Below, piece after piece: positions 52,033-64,000 of a DNA stretch of 64,000 nt (positions within the stretch are counted from its first letter, which is position 1; each line of letters opens with the position of its first letter). The position numbers and the translations under genes were made by a program. This stretch comes from Chiloscyllium plagiosum (taxonomy: Eukaryota), in assembly GCF_004010195.1 (NCBI RefSeq), contig NC_057753.1, forward strand, positions 1,306,760-1,370,759, given 5' to 3'. The notes beneath the pieces were generated by a model. It searched no databases and had not been told where the DNA came from. It saw only the letters and a list, made by a program, of their open reading frames with translations.

Positions 52033-53603
52033 CTGAAAAGAGAAAGGAATGCATACTGTCAGGCTACAATATCGAAATCAATCCCAAAATGCTACAAATG
52101 TTGGGGAATAATTTTACTTACTGCATTCTGGTATCTGTTTTCTCAGATAGTTTCAGCTTAGTTAATTAGATACTATACCCTTCTGTTCGTGTTTATTGCA
52201 TTCACTCTGACTATTACAGACGCAATTTCACTATTTGAAAATTGCTCTGCCTTGGGTATACTGAGGTCTAATTATCTTCCTTCGAGTATTGTGCACTTCA
52301 ACTTTTTGCGGTCACTGATGCCAGAAGATATTTGGTACCACATGGACTGCATTTGTCAGAATTTGACACAATCTGAACAAAAACGTACAATAAGTGTCTC
52401 CTGTTCAAGAACTAAAATTATTTGCATTGTGTCCGACCACTAATGGAGAAATTCACCTGCTAGCATCCTGCATTTTGAATGATAGCTTCCTCTAAACTAA
52501 CTTTTCTGCCCTATTTGCTCGACAAAGTCCTTAGATTGGAAAAAAAAAACTGGTCGTGAATTACTGCACAATTCACAAGCAGTCAAGAGCCCTGTCAAAT
52601 GACGTTTTATTTTATTAAGTTAACTAGTCTTTGAAGAGTGTTGAGCAAGAAAACCTAAAATATTGTAAGCACATAACCTTCACAGCGCTATTCTGATAAT
52701 GGGAATAACCAAAACTGGCAGTTATCAGTATCGTGATGACTTCAAAGGGACGCATAAGGCAGGGAATAACATGCTTTTAGATTTCTTAAAGCCAAATGGT
52801 CACACTTAACACAGTAATACTTACTTTCTTTATGCAGAACTAAAACTACAAATGAAAAGAAGGTTCCTGAAATTTCGGCTTGCGTTATTACCTTAAATAT
52901 TAGTACCTTTACTACATTCGCAGAACCAGTTATCTCTGAACGTTCCAATACCTCTTCCGTGTCAATTGTGCAGTTCCAGTGGCATGATTTCATTTTGTAT
53001 GCATACTATAAATCTTATGCAGTTCTTCAAATATGCCAGTGCCTCTGTCAGGTTGCCTGGGCGAGGAAAGTATTGCAGAAAATACTCCCGTGTTGATTAA
53101 TACTACTGTCTCACATTCCAAACCCTGTGGCATAAATGCTTGCTTTTCTTCTGACCGTTCTAAGTTAGTTTTGTCCACTTAATCTCTATTAAACCAAGCA
53201 GATTGTTAACATCGCTTTGTCGATTGGCCACCTGAGTTCAGTTGCGCTATATTACCATTTCTTCATTAAATAAGTGGGTCATATTTTACGTTACAAAGAT
53301 CTGCTCTATCTGAAGAATCTTGTTGATAATTGCTTCAAAAATACTTTTCAGTAATAGAACTGCATGATAGAGGGGGAATAGTATTTGAAAATAAAACCTA
53401 ATCAGAATGAAATTAATCATCTCCGCGTGTTATAAACAGAAATTGGAGTTTTATCAATGACTTTTAAAACCAGCAATTTAAGAATGTCCTGTGCGCGGCT
53501 GAGATGATTTTAACAGGGACACCTTTGCAGTGAAGTTCAGAATTGAGAACTATCACATTTTCAAATGAATGTCTTCCACGACAGTTGAGAAGAAAGTGGA
53601 ATT

Positions 53604-54363
53604 TACAAAGAGATCTGGGTGTTCTTGTACACCAGTCAATGAAGGTACAAAGAGATCTGGGTGTTCTTGTACACCAATCAATGAAGGTAAGCATGCAGGT
53701 AGTGAAGAAAGCTAATAGCATGCTGGCATTCATAACAAGAGAGATTGAGTATAGAAGCAAAGAGGTTTTTCTGCAGCTGTACAGGGCACGGGTGAGACCA
53801 CACCTGGAGTATTGCGTGCAGTTCTGGTCTCCGAATTTAAGGAAAGACATTCTGGCTATTGAGGGAGTGCAGCGTAGGTTCATGAGGTCAATTCCTGGAA
53901 TGGCGGGACTACCTTACGCTGAAAGACTGGAGCGACTGGGCTTGTATACCCTTGAGTTTAGAAGACTGAGAAGGGATCTGATTGAGTCATATAAGATTAT
54001 TAAAGGATTGGACACTCTGGAGGCAGGAAACATGTTTCCGTTGATGGGTGAGTGCTGAACCAGAGAACACAGCTTAAAAATACGGGGTAGCCCATTTAGG
54101 ACAGAGATGAGGAGAAACTTCTTCACCAAGAGAGTGTTGGCTGTGTGGAATGCTCTGCCCCAGAGGGCAGTGGAGACACAATCTCTGGATTCATTTAAGA
54201 AAGAGTTGGATAGAGCTCTCAAGGATTGTGGAATCAAGGGTTATGGAGATAAGGCAGGAACAGGATACTGATTAAGGATGATCAGCCATGATCATATTGA
54301 ATGGTGGTGCACGCTCGAAGGGCAGAATGGCCTACTCCTGCGCCTATTGTCTATTGTCTATTT
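53604..54363 (+). mobile_element. Young 5'-truncated CR1 in C3-C4 intron, with a 42-bp tandem duplication at its 5' end
   Basis: Long open RT C-terminal frame (QRDLGVLVHQSMKV x2 …HLEYCVQFWSP…), tail (CTATTGT)n. Confidence 0.92.
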
Positions 54364-55718
54364 CATATTGATACACAGACAGTATTGGTAGGCAAGCTTC
54401 CTTGAGATATCTTACCTGAACTGATAAATCTTCGTGAATCAGTAAGAGAAAAATGCAAATGTATAAGACTCCCTTTCTTCGCAGCTCTTTGGAGAAGCGC
54501 TATTATGTTAATTTTCAACAAGATTCCTCAGATGGAAGACAAAACAAAGGGACTGTACAGAACCCAGATAAGTTATTCTGGTGTAACTTCCACAGAATCC
54601 TTGGCCGAGCTAAAGTAACGCTCCTCCAATAGTGTTCTATTTCAGTACATTGGTGCTCACGAAACGGATTTTATCATGTTTAGTGTTTGTGACAGAACCA
54701 CTAACAGTGTTTGATGGGATGTATCTTTCTTCTTTTTAAATGTTGTATGTGATTCTCTGGCATCCTTTTGTCAATCATTTGGTGTTTCACACAAGTCTAC
54801 GCAATAATTATTCGCTAGTGAATGACCAGAAATTGATCATAGTCCTTTATCATTTCCCTTGGTCACAACCCGTGCATCAGCGATCAGTGTTGCAAAGTAA
54901 TGTATTGCTACTCGTTTCTTTAATGTCATGAACGGGCTTTTGTGCGGCCCGAAAGACATTCGGGTGAGATTCAGGTACTAAAAAGACAGCAGGAATTAAA
55001 GCCAGTTCAGTAGATTTTATGAGTTATTCTCGTCAATAACAGAATCATTTGTCTGTTCCTTTGACATCCAGGGTTAGAGGACAAAAGAATGTAATCCTTG
55101 AAATGTCCAATGTTATTCACGCGCATTAGTCCAACTTTCCGAGAAATGCTTGTATTTCTGTGTACCTTTTAGTTAACTGTCAGCAATCACTCAAGCTAGA
55201 CTCAAAAGAGCAGCATGAAGCAGTGACTGAAGCAAACAAAGCACAAAATCTTGTCGACACAATCTTCCTCTCACCATCATTCATTGTTGTTTAAAGACAG
55301 TACTCCTTCAAGACTTAATCGTGCAATGAAGCTCTTTAACTTCATATAAATTTTTAGTTAATTTATTTCTCTCGTCAACCTATTCAAACAATCCAATGCA
55401 CAACTCTGTAGCATGTGGGAAATAAACGCGGGCCTCTTGGGCCAGGGTGCAGACACGACGAATGTGCCACCAGAGGGCCCCTCCATTCTTATGCCAACAA
55501 GTTTCACACTGATTGAGGATGCACGCTTTTATGGATATTATTGCTTATCCTGTTTACCTCCCAACCATGCACAGTGTGTTAAAGTTATTTCATTCCAAGA
55601 GGTCTTATGCATGTTAAAGTTGCTGGAACATTGGAAAGTTAGGACACGGTTTCATGTTGTATTAATATTGACCACAAAGCTTTAATTGTGAGAATGGTAG
55701 CTAAAACACTGTCCTTAC

Positions 55719-56036
55719 CTTTCGGGTTTCCGATAACACTTTTCACAGTGGACTGTGAAGGTGGATGCGAGGCAGTACAGGTGTATTTTACTCCGCTCTT
55801 CCATTCTACTGCAGGTAAAACGAGGAGGCTCCGTGCACTGAAGGTCAGGTCCTGTTCCAGAGCAGTGGGGAAATTTGTGATGTTTGCGCTTTGAGAAGCT
55901 CCATCTTTCTCCCAGAAAACGCGTATTTTGTCGGGATAGAATCCTCTAATCAAACATGTCAGAGTAGCAGAGCTGCCATTTTGAATCTCTTCTGGTGATG
56001 GTGGCAGGAGGTGGAGATGTTGCTTCACTGGTTTGA
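55719..56036 (-). pseudogene. IgNAR C3 exon (intact reading frame)
   Basis: tctattacag|TC; VKPVKQHLHLLPPSPEEIQNGSSATLTCLIRGFYPDKIRVFWEKD…TNFPTALEQDLTFSARSLLVLPAVEWKSGVKYTCTASHPPSQSTVKSVIGNPK|GTAAGG. Confidence 0.95.
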
Positions 56037-56116
56037 CTGTAATAGAATTACCGACAATTTTACTATGTCCTCTTTGGTAAACTGACATGCACAAATGGAT
56101 ATCTTTTGTTACCAAC

Positions 56117-56412
56117 CTCTTGCCATTTTGGTTCGTTTTGGTATTGGGGTCGATGATTGTTCCTGTTTGCGGAGCATGTTTATTCCACCCCACTCTGCCA
56201 CTCATCCACGCTGCTGGTCAAGCGGCTGATGGTCAGATATTGGGGTTCATTATCGGTTTCAGTTTGAACGCCTTCATTCCGTAACTCTCCATTCACCATC
56301 CAAGAAATGATTACCCCAGCTGAAACTGTAGACAGAACTTCGCAAACCAGAGTGGCACTTTTATTGATCCAGATTTCTTCAACCAAAGGGTTCCTTAGTA
56401 ATACAGCCATCT
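56117..56412 (-). pseudogene. IgNAR C2 exon (TAA replaces Tyr of YxC at 56182-56180; 1-bp deletion downstream)
   Basis: tttctcactagcag|AG; EMAVLLRNPLVEEIWINKSATLVCEVLSTVSAGVIISWMVNGELRNEGVQ…QYLTISRLTSSVDEWQSGVE*TCSA/fs/QEQSSTPIPKRTKMAR|GTTGGT; 80-bp intron to C3. Confidence 0.95.
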
Positions 56413-56624
56413 CTGCTAGTGAGAAATCAGAGTTTCAGCTTCTGTTTCATGTTCATTAATATTGTAAACAGGATTGTAAGACATGGGCGTAATGTCAAAA
56501 TCAGTGACAGGAGATGGAATGATAAAATGCGAACGCCTGTCTCACACATAAAGAAAAATACAATTTGAAGCGCCATTGCTTCTGTCCACGTCAGTTAATT
56601 TGCGTTATAACTTGTATAAGCTAA

Positions 56625-57240
56625 TAAAATTAAGACAGAGATCAAACAAAAGAAAAGTGAGAGAAACATTTTGAGGAATGAAGATATTGAGTTGGATTCA
56701 TGCGGTGAGCAGTACAGAAATAAACAGAGAAACAATCAGCAGGAAAGCAAAGGCATACAGATCCAAAAGGACGCACATATAAATGCAGATAAAGATCTGC
56801 AGGAAGACAGATGCAGGAACAGGTAAACTGAGATAGTCAGATGAAAATATATGGACATAATGGTGGAGAATGGGAACTTGAGACGACAGATCGAAGAGGA
56901 CAGCCAGAAAGTGAGGGAGAGGGTCAGACAGTGCCAACGGAAAGAAGATGAAATTGAGGCAGAGATACTAACAGGTGCAAAGAAGCACAAGGAGCTACCG
57001 ACAATGAATCACAACGAGTGATTTAAATCTGCAGAAAAAGGAAAATAAAAGAATACATATTTTCGAGAAGGAGAGAAACAGAGAAACGGAGAAACAGAGA
57101 TATGGCGAGTGAAGAGAATGATGAAGTGACAGAACGGGAACGATCAGAGGAAGCAGAGACAAACAGATGGATAGACAGAGACAGAGGCAGTAATAAAAGA
57201 GAGTGAGAGAGCAAGATAGAGAGGGAACGACAGAGAAAAT
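56625..57240. repeat. Purine-rich (GA/AGAC) low-complexity tract upstream of C2
   Basis: Strong A/G strand bias with recurring acagaga/gacaga units. Confidence 0.7.
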
Positions 57241-58264
57241 TTGCCATATCGTGGGGGTCGATGCATTTTAAGCATGTAAGAACTTTGAAGTCATTATCCC
57301 TGAGACGTCATTGAAAGTACTGTCCAAGAAAACCATTTGTCTCGTCCTTATGACAATCTATATAAGGAATGCTTCAATAAAGCCTATCGTTGCATGTTTG
57401 TTGTCTCTGTCGATTCCGATCCAATAAGAAATCTCTGTCTCTCTTCCACCAGATTCACCTGTCTCTCCCCTTAGCTTCTCTGAATATCGTCCACCGAATT
57501 CATCAATCCTACAATTGCTTGGTAGCACACAGCAGCAGAAAACACTAAATATTTATTTTATGTCTAACTTCACCTTTTCTCAACGCTCAGCTTACGAACT
57601 GTTCAAACATTTAGTAATGAATTTGCACAATCTTGAAAATGTATTCCTGGTCAATCTACGACTTTCTACCTTTGGGCCTTCTAATGGTCTTCTCCCAGTG
57701 TCTTAATCACACTGATCTAACCCGGACCACTTGTGTGTTTTGTGACCTACATTTTCTTTCCACATCCCTCGATTTCAGAATTCCCTTAGTTGTCCTCACT
57801 TTCTCAATAGCTTCAATCAACTCTAACTCTAATATTTCCTCGAGCTCAAATGTTCTGAGAAACATGTATTGATGCACTGGATTCTGGAGAATTCCTGATT
57901 TTAACTATCCCAAGTCTAATCTATGAACTTCAAGCGTCTTCCCCTCTTTTCTCCTCTTCCCCTCTTTTTAGTCTTTGTGCACTTATTAAAGCATGCCTTT
58001 GGATTGACAAAATTAGCCCTATCTCAAAATATTAATGATCTATTGAAAATAATCTGTTTTACATTTCCTTCTAACAAGGCAATTTTATCTCTTATAATTA
58101 TTCGGAAATAAATTTGAACAAGCTTTTCTTTAAGAAGTTTAATTTTGGTTTTGGTAAGTCAAAAGAAATGTATTTGCACACCAAAGAGCAAAGGAATCTG
58201 GAGCCCTTGTTCATATACTTGAGGGAGCAAGGTTACTTTCGTACTGAAGTAGAAGCTCCACCAT

Positions 58265-58560
58265 ATAGAAACATGCAAACATAGAAAATAGGAGCAAGAG
58301 GAGGCCATTAGTCTCTTCGAGCCTGTTCCAACTTTCCTCAGGACCCTGGCTCAATGGCATAATCCTGCTTTCTCCACATAACTTCTGATCCCATTTGCGC
58401 CAAGTGCATTTCCCTCCGCCTTTTGATTACATTCAATGTTTCGGTATCAACTACTTCCTCTGGTAATGAATTCCACAGGCTCACCTCTCTTTGGGTGAAG
58501 AAAGGTCGCCTCACCTCCGTCCTAAGTGGACCAACTCGAAAACTCAGACTCTAACCCTGG
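58265..58560 (-). mobile_element. CR1 3' end
   Basis: catagaaaataggagcaagaggaggcc… tail; gaattccacaggctcacc…. Confidence 0.75.
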
Positions 58561-58869
58561 TTCTCGCTAACAGGTTATAAAGGTTGGCAGCACACAAAGA
58601 TCAACTTCCAGCTATGATTTTCAATCACTGTTGTCAAACGATCATAGGGGAGTAGAAATGTGCAGTAAAAGACTATTATACAATGGACATCCAATTCGCC
58701 AGTCCCATGACATCTTGCTTTTTTGCCCCAAACTTAGCTCTCAATATGTTTCCCATCTTGCTGTTGCAAAAAGTACACAGGGCAGTTCTGTATTGAATTC
58801 TTTGAACCAAACAACTTCGGAAAAGTGTGAGGTGATTCATTTTTGAAGGAGTAACAGGAATGCTGAGTA

Positions 58870-61160
58870 CATAGAACATAGGACATAGAAAAATTCAGCG
58901 TAGGACAGGCCCTTCAGCCCTCAATGTTGCGTCGACTTGTGAATTATTCTCAGCTCAGCCCCCTACACTATTCCATCATCATCCATGTGCTTACCCAAGG
59001 ATTGTTTGAATCTCCCTAATGTGCCTAAGTTAACTACGTTGGCAGGTTGGGCATTCCACGCCCGTACCACTGTCTGAGTACAGAACCTGTTTCTGACATC
59101 TGTCTTAAATCTATCACTCTCAATTTGTAGTTATGCTCCCTCGTACAAGCTGACGTCATCATCCTTGGAAAAAGACTTTCACTGTCTACACTCTCTAATC
59201 CTCTGATCAACTTGTATGTCTCTGTCAAGTCTCTGTTAGCCTTCATCTTTTCAATGAGAACACACTCAAATCTCTTAGCCTTTCCGCATAAGAGCTTCCC
59301 TCCAGACCGGGCAACATTCTGCTAAATCTCCTCTGAAACTTTTCCAATGCTTCCACATCCTTCCCAAAATATGGCGACCAGAATTGTACACAATATTCCA
59401 AGTGTGGCCACACTAGCATTTTGTATAGTTGCAGCATGACATTGCAGCTCCGGAACTCAATCCCTTTATCAATTAAACCTAACATGCCATATGCCTTCTT
59501 AACAGCACTATCAACCTTCGTGGCAAGTTTCAGGGATTTATGTACTTAGACTCCAAGATCACCCTGCACATCGACACTATCAAGAATCTTTCCATTGTCC
59601 CAGTACTCTGCCTTCCTGTTATTCTTCTGTAAGTGAATCACCTCATATTTAGCTGCATTAAACTCACAATCGCCACCAATCTCAGCCCAATTCTGAAGTT
59701 TATGCAAATCCCCTGCAACCTGTAACATTCTTCGAAATTGTCCACTACTCCACTTACTTTAGTCCCATCTGCAAATTTACTAATTCATACATCTATGCCT
59801 GTGTCTAAGTTATTCATAAAAATGACAAACAGCAGTGGTCCCAAAGCCGATCCTTGTGGCACACCACTAGTAACCGGACTCCAGGCTGAACATTTTCCAT
59901 CAAGCACCACTTGCTGCCTTCTTTCAGAAAGCCAGTTTTTAATCCAAACTGCTAAATCACCCTCAATCCCATGTCTCTGCATTTTCTCCAACAGCCTACC
60001 ATGTGTAACCTTATCAAAGGCTTTACTGAATTCCATGTACACAAGGTAAACTTCCCTACCCTCATCTACATGCTTGTTCACCTTCGCAAAAACCTCAATG
60101 AGGTTTGTGAGACACAACCTGCCCTTGACGAAACCATGTTGACTAACTGAAATCAAATTGTTGCTTGCTAGATTATAGATGAATCCTATCTCTTATAAGC
60201 CTTTCCAAAGCCTTTAAAACAACAGAGGTAAGGCTCGCTGGTCTATAATTACCTGGGTCATCTCTATTGCCCTTCTTGTCAAAAGGCCAACATTTGCAAT
60301 CCTCCAGTCCTTTAGTACTAAACCTGAAGACATAAATATCAAAGCCAAAGGATCCACTATCCCTTCCGTAGCTTCCCAGAGAATCCTCAGATAAATCCCA
60401 TCCGGCCCAGGGTACCTTGCTATTTTCACTCCTTTTAGAATTGATAACACCTCTTCATAACTAAACTCCATACTTTCTAGTCTAATATCTCGCATCTCAT
60501 TCTTCTCCTCCACAATATTCTCCTTTTCCTGAGCAAAAACCAATGAGGAATGTTCGTTTAGAACTTCTCCGATCTCCACAGAGTCCACATTCAACTTCCC
60601 ACTTCTGGTTTTCACTGGCCCTATTCCTACCAGAGTCAACCTTTTGTTCCTCACATACGTATAGAAAGCTTTAGGGCTCTCCTTTATTCTATTTGCTAAA
60701 GACTGCTCGTGTCCTCTCTTTGCTCCTAGCTGACCTATATCCTTCCTAGCTGACCTATAACTCTCCATCGCCTCATCTGAACCATATTGTCTCATCAATG
60801 CATAAGCCTCATGCTTCTGCTTAACAAGAGATGCAATTTCTGAAGTAAATCACGGTTCCCTTACCTTATCACTTCCTCCCTGCCTGACATAGACATGCCT
60901 ATCAAGCACTCGCAAAATGTGTTCCTTAAACCAGCTCTACATTTCCATTGTCCCCATCCGCTGCATGTTTCTACCCTATTCTATACAACCTAATTCTTGC
61001 CTAATCGCATTGTAATTGCCCTTGTTCCATCCATCACTCTTCACCAGCGTCATGTACCTATCCCTTTCCATCGCTGAACTAAATGTAACTGAAGTATAGT
61101 CACTCTCTCAAAAGTGCTCATCTACAACTAAATCAAACATCTAGCCTGGTTTCTTACCAA
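58870..61160 (-). mobile_element. CR1 LINE ORF2 (disrupted) with 3' tail, nested in an opposite-strand CR1
   Basis: [51 protein letters not shown]; (CATAGAA)n tail at 58870. Confidence 0.92.
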
Positions 61161-61164
61161 GCAG

Positions 61165-61750
61165 CTGTTTCAGAACCATGAGGTTATGCTGCAGCTGTAC
61201 AAATCTCTGGTGCGGCCACATTTGGAGTGTTGCATTCAGTTCTGGTAACCGCATTATGGGAAGGATGTGGAAGCTTTGGAAAGGCTTCATGGGAGATTTA
61301 CTAGGATGTTGCCTGGTATGGAGCAAAGGATCTATGAGGAAAGAATAAGGGACTTGAGGCTATTTTCGTTAGAGAGAAGAAGGCTGAGAGGCGAATATAT
61401 TGAGACATTTCAGATAATATAAGTATTAGATATGTTGGACAGTGAGAACCGTTTTCGTCGGATGGCGATGGCTATCACGAAGGGACAAAGCTTTAAATTG
61501 AGGGGTGATAGATATAAGACAAATATCAGAGGTAGCTTCTTTACTCATAGAGATGTAGGGGCGTGGAACGCAGAGCCTGCAGCATTAGGAGACTAGCCAA
61601 TCTTAAGGTCATTTAAATGGTCATTGGATAGGTATATGGACGAGAATGGAATCGTGTAGGTTAGATGGGTTTCAGATTGGTTCCACAGGTCGGCACAATA
61701 ACGAGGGCTGAAGTGCTTGTACTGCACTGTGATGTTCGCTGTTCTACCTA
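61165..61750 (+). mobile_element. CR1 3' portion (continues the + fragment at 58820-58868)
   Basis: gaggttatgctgcagctgtacaaatctctggtgcggccacatttggag… through to the 3' tail. Confidence 0.85.
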
Positions 61751-61789
61751 TCTCTATTGCAAAAGGACATCACTTAATATCTTCCTTTA

Positions 61790-62330
61790 TTTAGAAGGTT
61801 TTGTTTTCAAAAATTCCCTTGTGTTCCCAATAGACACAAGTGTGTTTCTTTCTATTCAGTTTTTGATTTGTCCTCATAACTTTATAGCATTCCTGTCATG
61901 GACAGATACTACATTTTCTTTCACCTAAACAAAACCTATTGCCACCAATGCAACCATCAGACCAGACTGTTCACAACCATCAACAAGACCACCTGCTTGT
62001 TCCTGCAACTAACCCCTCTCTCCGAAAATCACTCATCTGACTTGCAACCATCACCACCAAGCTCATCAAAGGTATCTTAGATTTTTCCACCATTTTTCAT
62101 GCTCAAATCTTCAAATTCTTAGAAGCAAATTTAATGTGAACTCTGTTGCCCATATCCTAATTTACACTTCTTGTTCACCAATCACTGTATTATCTCAAAG
62201 TCAGACAATACTTTCAAATTAAATTTCTTTTCCAATTGTTCAAATTCAGACATAGCCACATTACTACTATTACAACGGTCCGAGATAGCTTGTTGTACTG
62301 TTACATTGCTGACTTCTTATTAATCCCGAA
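61790..62330 (+). mobile_element. Ancient L2-like LINE remnant
   Basis: Degenerate L2-type 3' region (aactctgttgcccatatccta…caccaatcactg…aaattaaatttc). Confidence 0.4.
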
Positions 62331-62934
62331 CGTCTATCACTACTCAGCAGTCACGTCATACATGACATCAGAAAATATCGCTTGTGAAATTTTACAATGA
62401 AATAATACACCACAGTGGCAGCTATTCACCCGCTTACTAATTATCCAGTTTATTGTATTCTTCCGTCCTTTCACACATGAGCACTGTCCCACGGTCTTCA
62501 TCAACACACTGTCAACAAACCGCACCATTTTTAATGAAAAATTAGATATCACCATGCTGCAATACCTTGCACAGCAATGACTATCCATATTGGTCTTGCT
62601 AACATCATGCACCTACATAATAACTGACTGCACCTGCAACTCATGCATGTGTTTATGTCCTCTCAATCATGCAGTGTGTGCAAACAGTAGTTTTGTGATG
62701 CTCTTCGACAAGTATCACAGTTACATTGGCTTGAATTAACATTAACGACATCCAATTCGATGCTCAGCACATGCCAAGGCCAATTGCTCACAAAACTGCT
62801 CTTAGCCTTCTTCACTATCCTTATTGCAAGTGATATGGATTAGATGCGTGCAAATGGCATAGAACAGATGGTAGGAAGCCTGCAAAACTGTAACAATTCG
62901 TTCGCAACCCTACTTGCATAACTAAAAGAGGTGA

Positions 62935-63232
62935 AAAGAGTCAGAGATTACTTATAGTGTGGAAACAGGCCCTTCGGCCTAACAAGTCCACACTGACTCT
63001 CCGAAGAGCAATCCACCCAGACCCATTCCCCTGCACCTAACACTATGGGCAATTTATCATGGCCAATTTACCTAACCTGCACATTTTTGGACTGTGGGAG
63101 GAAATTGGAGCACCCGGAGGAAACACATGCAGACATGGGGAGAATGTGCAAACTCCACACAGACAGTTGCCTGACGCGGGAATCGAACCCGGGTCTCTGG
63201 CGCTGCGAGGCAGCAGTGCCACCGCACCGCCC
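62935..63232 (-). mobile_element. HE1-type SINE (young)
   Basis: Reverse complement: ggcggtgcggtggcactgctgcctcgcagcgccagagacccgggttcgattcccg…gtctgtgtggagtttgcac…CR1-like tail. Confidence 0.9.
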
Positions 63233-64000
63233 AGTCATGTCTGACTTGGAACATATTCTGTCTCTTTCTTTCCACAAATGCTTCCAGAAAGGTTGATTTT
63301 CTTTAGAATTTGCTGTTCTTATTTTATGAAAGGGTCCCGTGGAATGGGTTTGAGTAAAGTTGAGAAATTATAATTCAAGAATGATTTATGGGAGCGGTGT
63401 TCGGGTCACCCATACGATAGGGGGAGCATAAAAGAAGACAATATAAGAGCTTGTCAGAAAATCACGACAATCATTATGGGGGGTATTATCTGTAAAGTAA
63501 CTGTGCAAGTCATATGTGTAACGATAGCCTCCGTGTGGAGATCGTGAAAAGATTTGGGAACCATTCATTCGATTCGCACGTTCCTGACCTGTATTGAACC
63601 TCCTGCAATGTTGGAATGAGATAGGATTAATTTGTTACCTCGTTGTGAAGGCGCCCACAGGGATTAGCAACATTAATATGATTCATTTTACATTCAAATG
63701 CGGGAGACAAAATTGTTTTATTTTTTAAAAAAGATATTATGAGGGCACTAAATCAGAGTAGGCTGAAATGAATTGGAAAATCAGATTAGAGGAGAATTTA
63801 ATCGTGTTATAGTGGCAGGCATGTAAGGAGACATTTCAGATCACATAAATAGGCACATTCAAAAGAGTGAGGAAAGTTCCAAAATTTGGACCTGCTATCT
63901 TTTTAAGATAATATCAATATTAAGCAAAATGGATGTGATTGTGTGTAAATGCATGGTAAGTCAGAAAATTGGGCAGAATATTAACATTTAGGGAAACACA

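Noticed and set aside
54410-54620. Strong minus-strand donor (CAG|GTAAGA at ~54415) in the C3-C4 intron as an extra exon
   Set aside because: No clear matching acceptor or Ig/TM-like reading frame
55639-56205. 188-aa ORF as a stand-alone Ig protein
   Set aside because: It is read-through of an out-of-frame C2 end, the 80-bp intron, exon C3 and downstream intron
56698-57247. Hydrophobic Leu/Ser/Phe-rich ORFs (also 31642-32109) as membrane proteins
   Set aside because: Translation artefacts of CT/GA low-complexity DNA

Overview
AT-rich, repeat-dense vertebrate genomic DNA, almost certainly from a shark. An orectolobiform species such as bamboo or nurse shark is likely, inferred from IgNAR similarity and HE1-type SINE/CR1 LINE content. 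Genes found: (1) an intact two-exon, TATA-driven class A GPCR of the shark-expanded GPR139-like family (+, 1814-1880 joined to 8716-9620, 323 aa); (2) an intronless, 3'-truncated KDSR retro-pseudogene (-, ~13050-13520); (3) the 3' part of an IgNAR heavy-chain constant region on the minus strand (C2, C3, C4, C5/secretory tail, a candidate 45-bp spacer exon, TM1 and a candidate TM2), with nonsense/frameshift lesions in C2, C4 and C5 but an intact C3; no V, D, J or C1 is recognisable in the window; (4) a second, more decayed pair of Ig C exons with a secretory tail (-, 27557-29228) that looks more IgW-like than IgNAR-like. The rest is mostly CR1 LINE fragments, tRNA-derived SINEs, a Penelope-like element fragment and many short Penelope-derived hairpin elements, several carrying minimal hammerhead ribozyme cores. 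One intact core lies in sense orientation just 3' of the second Ig secretory exon. Homology calls come from recalled family motifs, not database searches; repeat boundaries are approximate.
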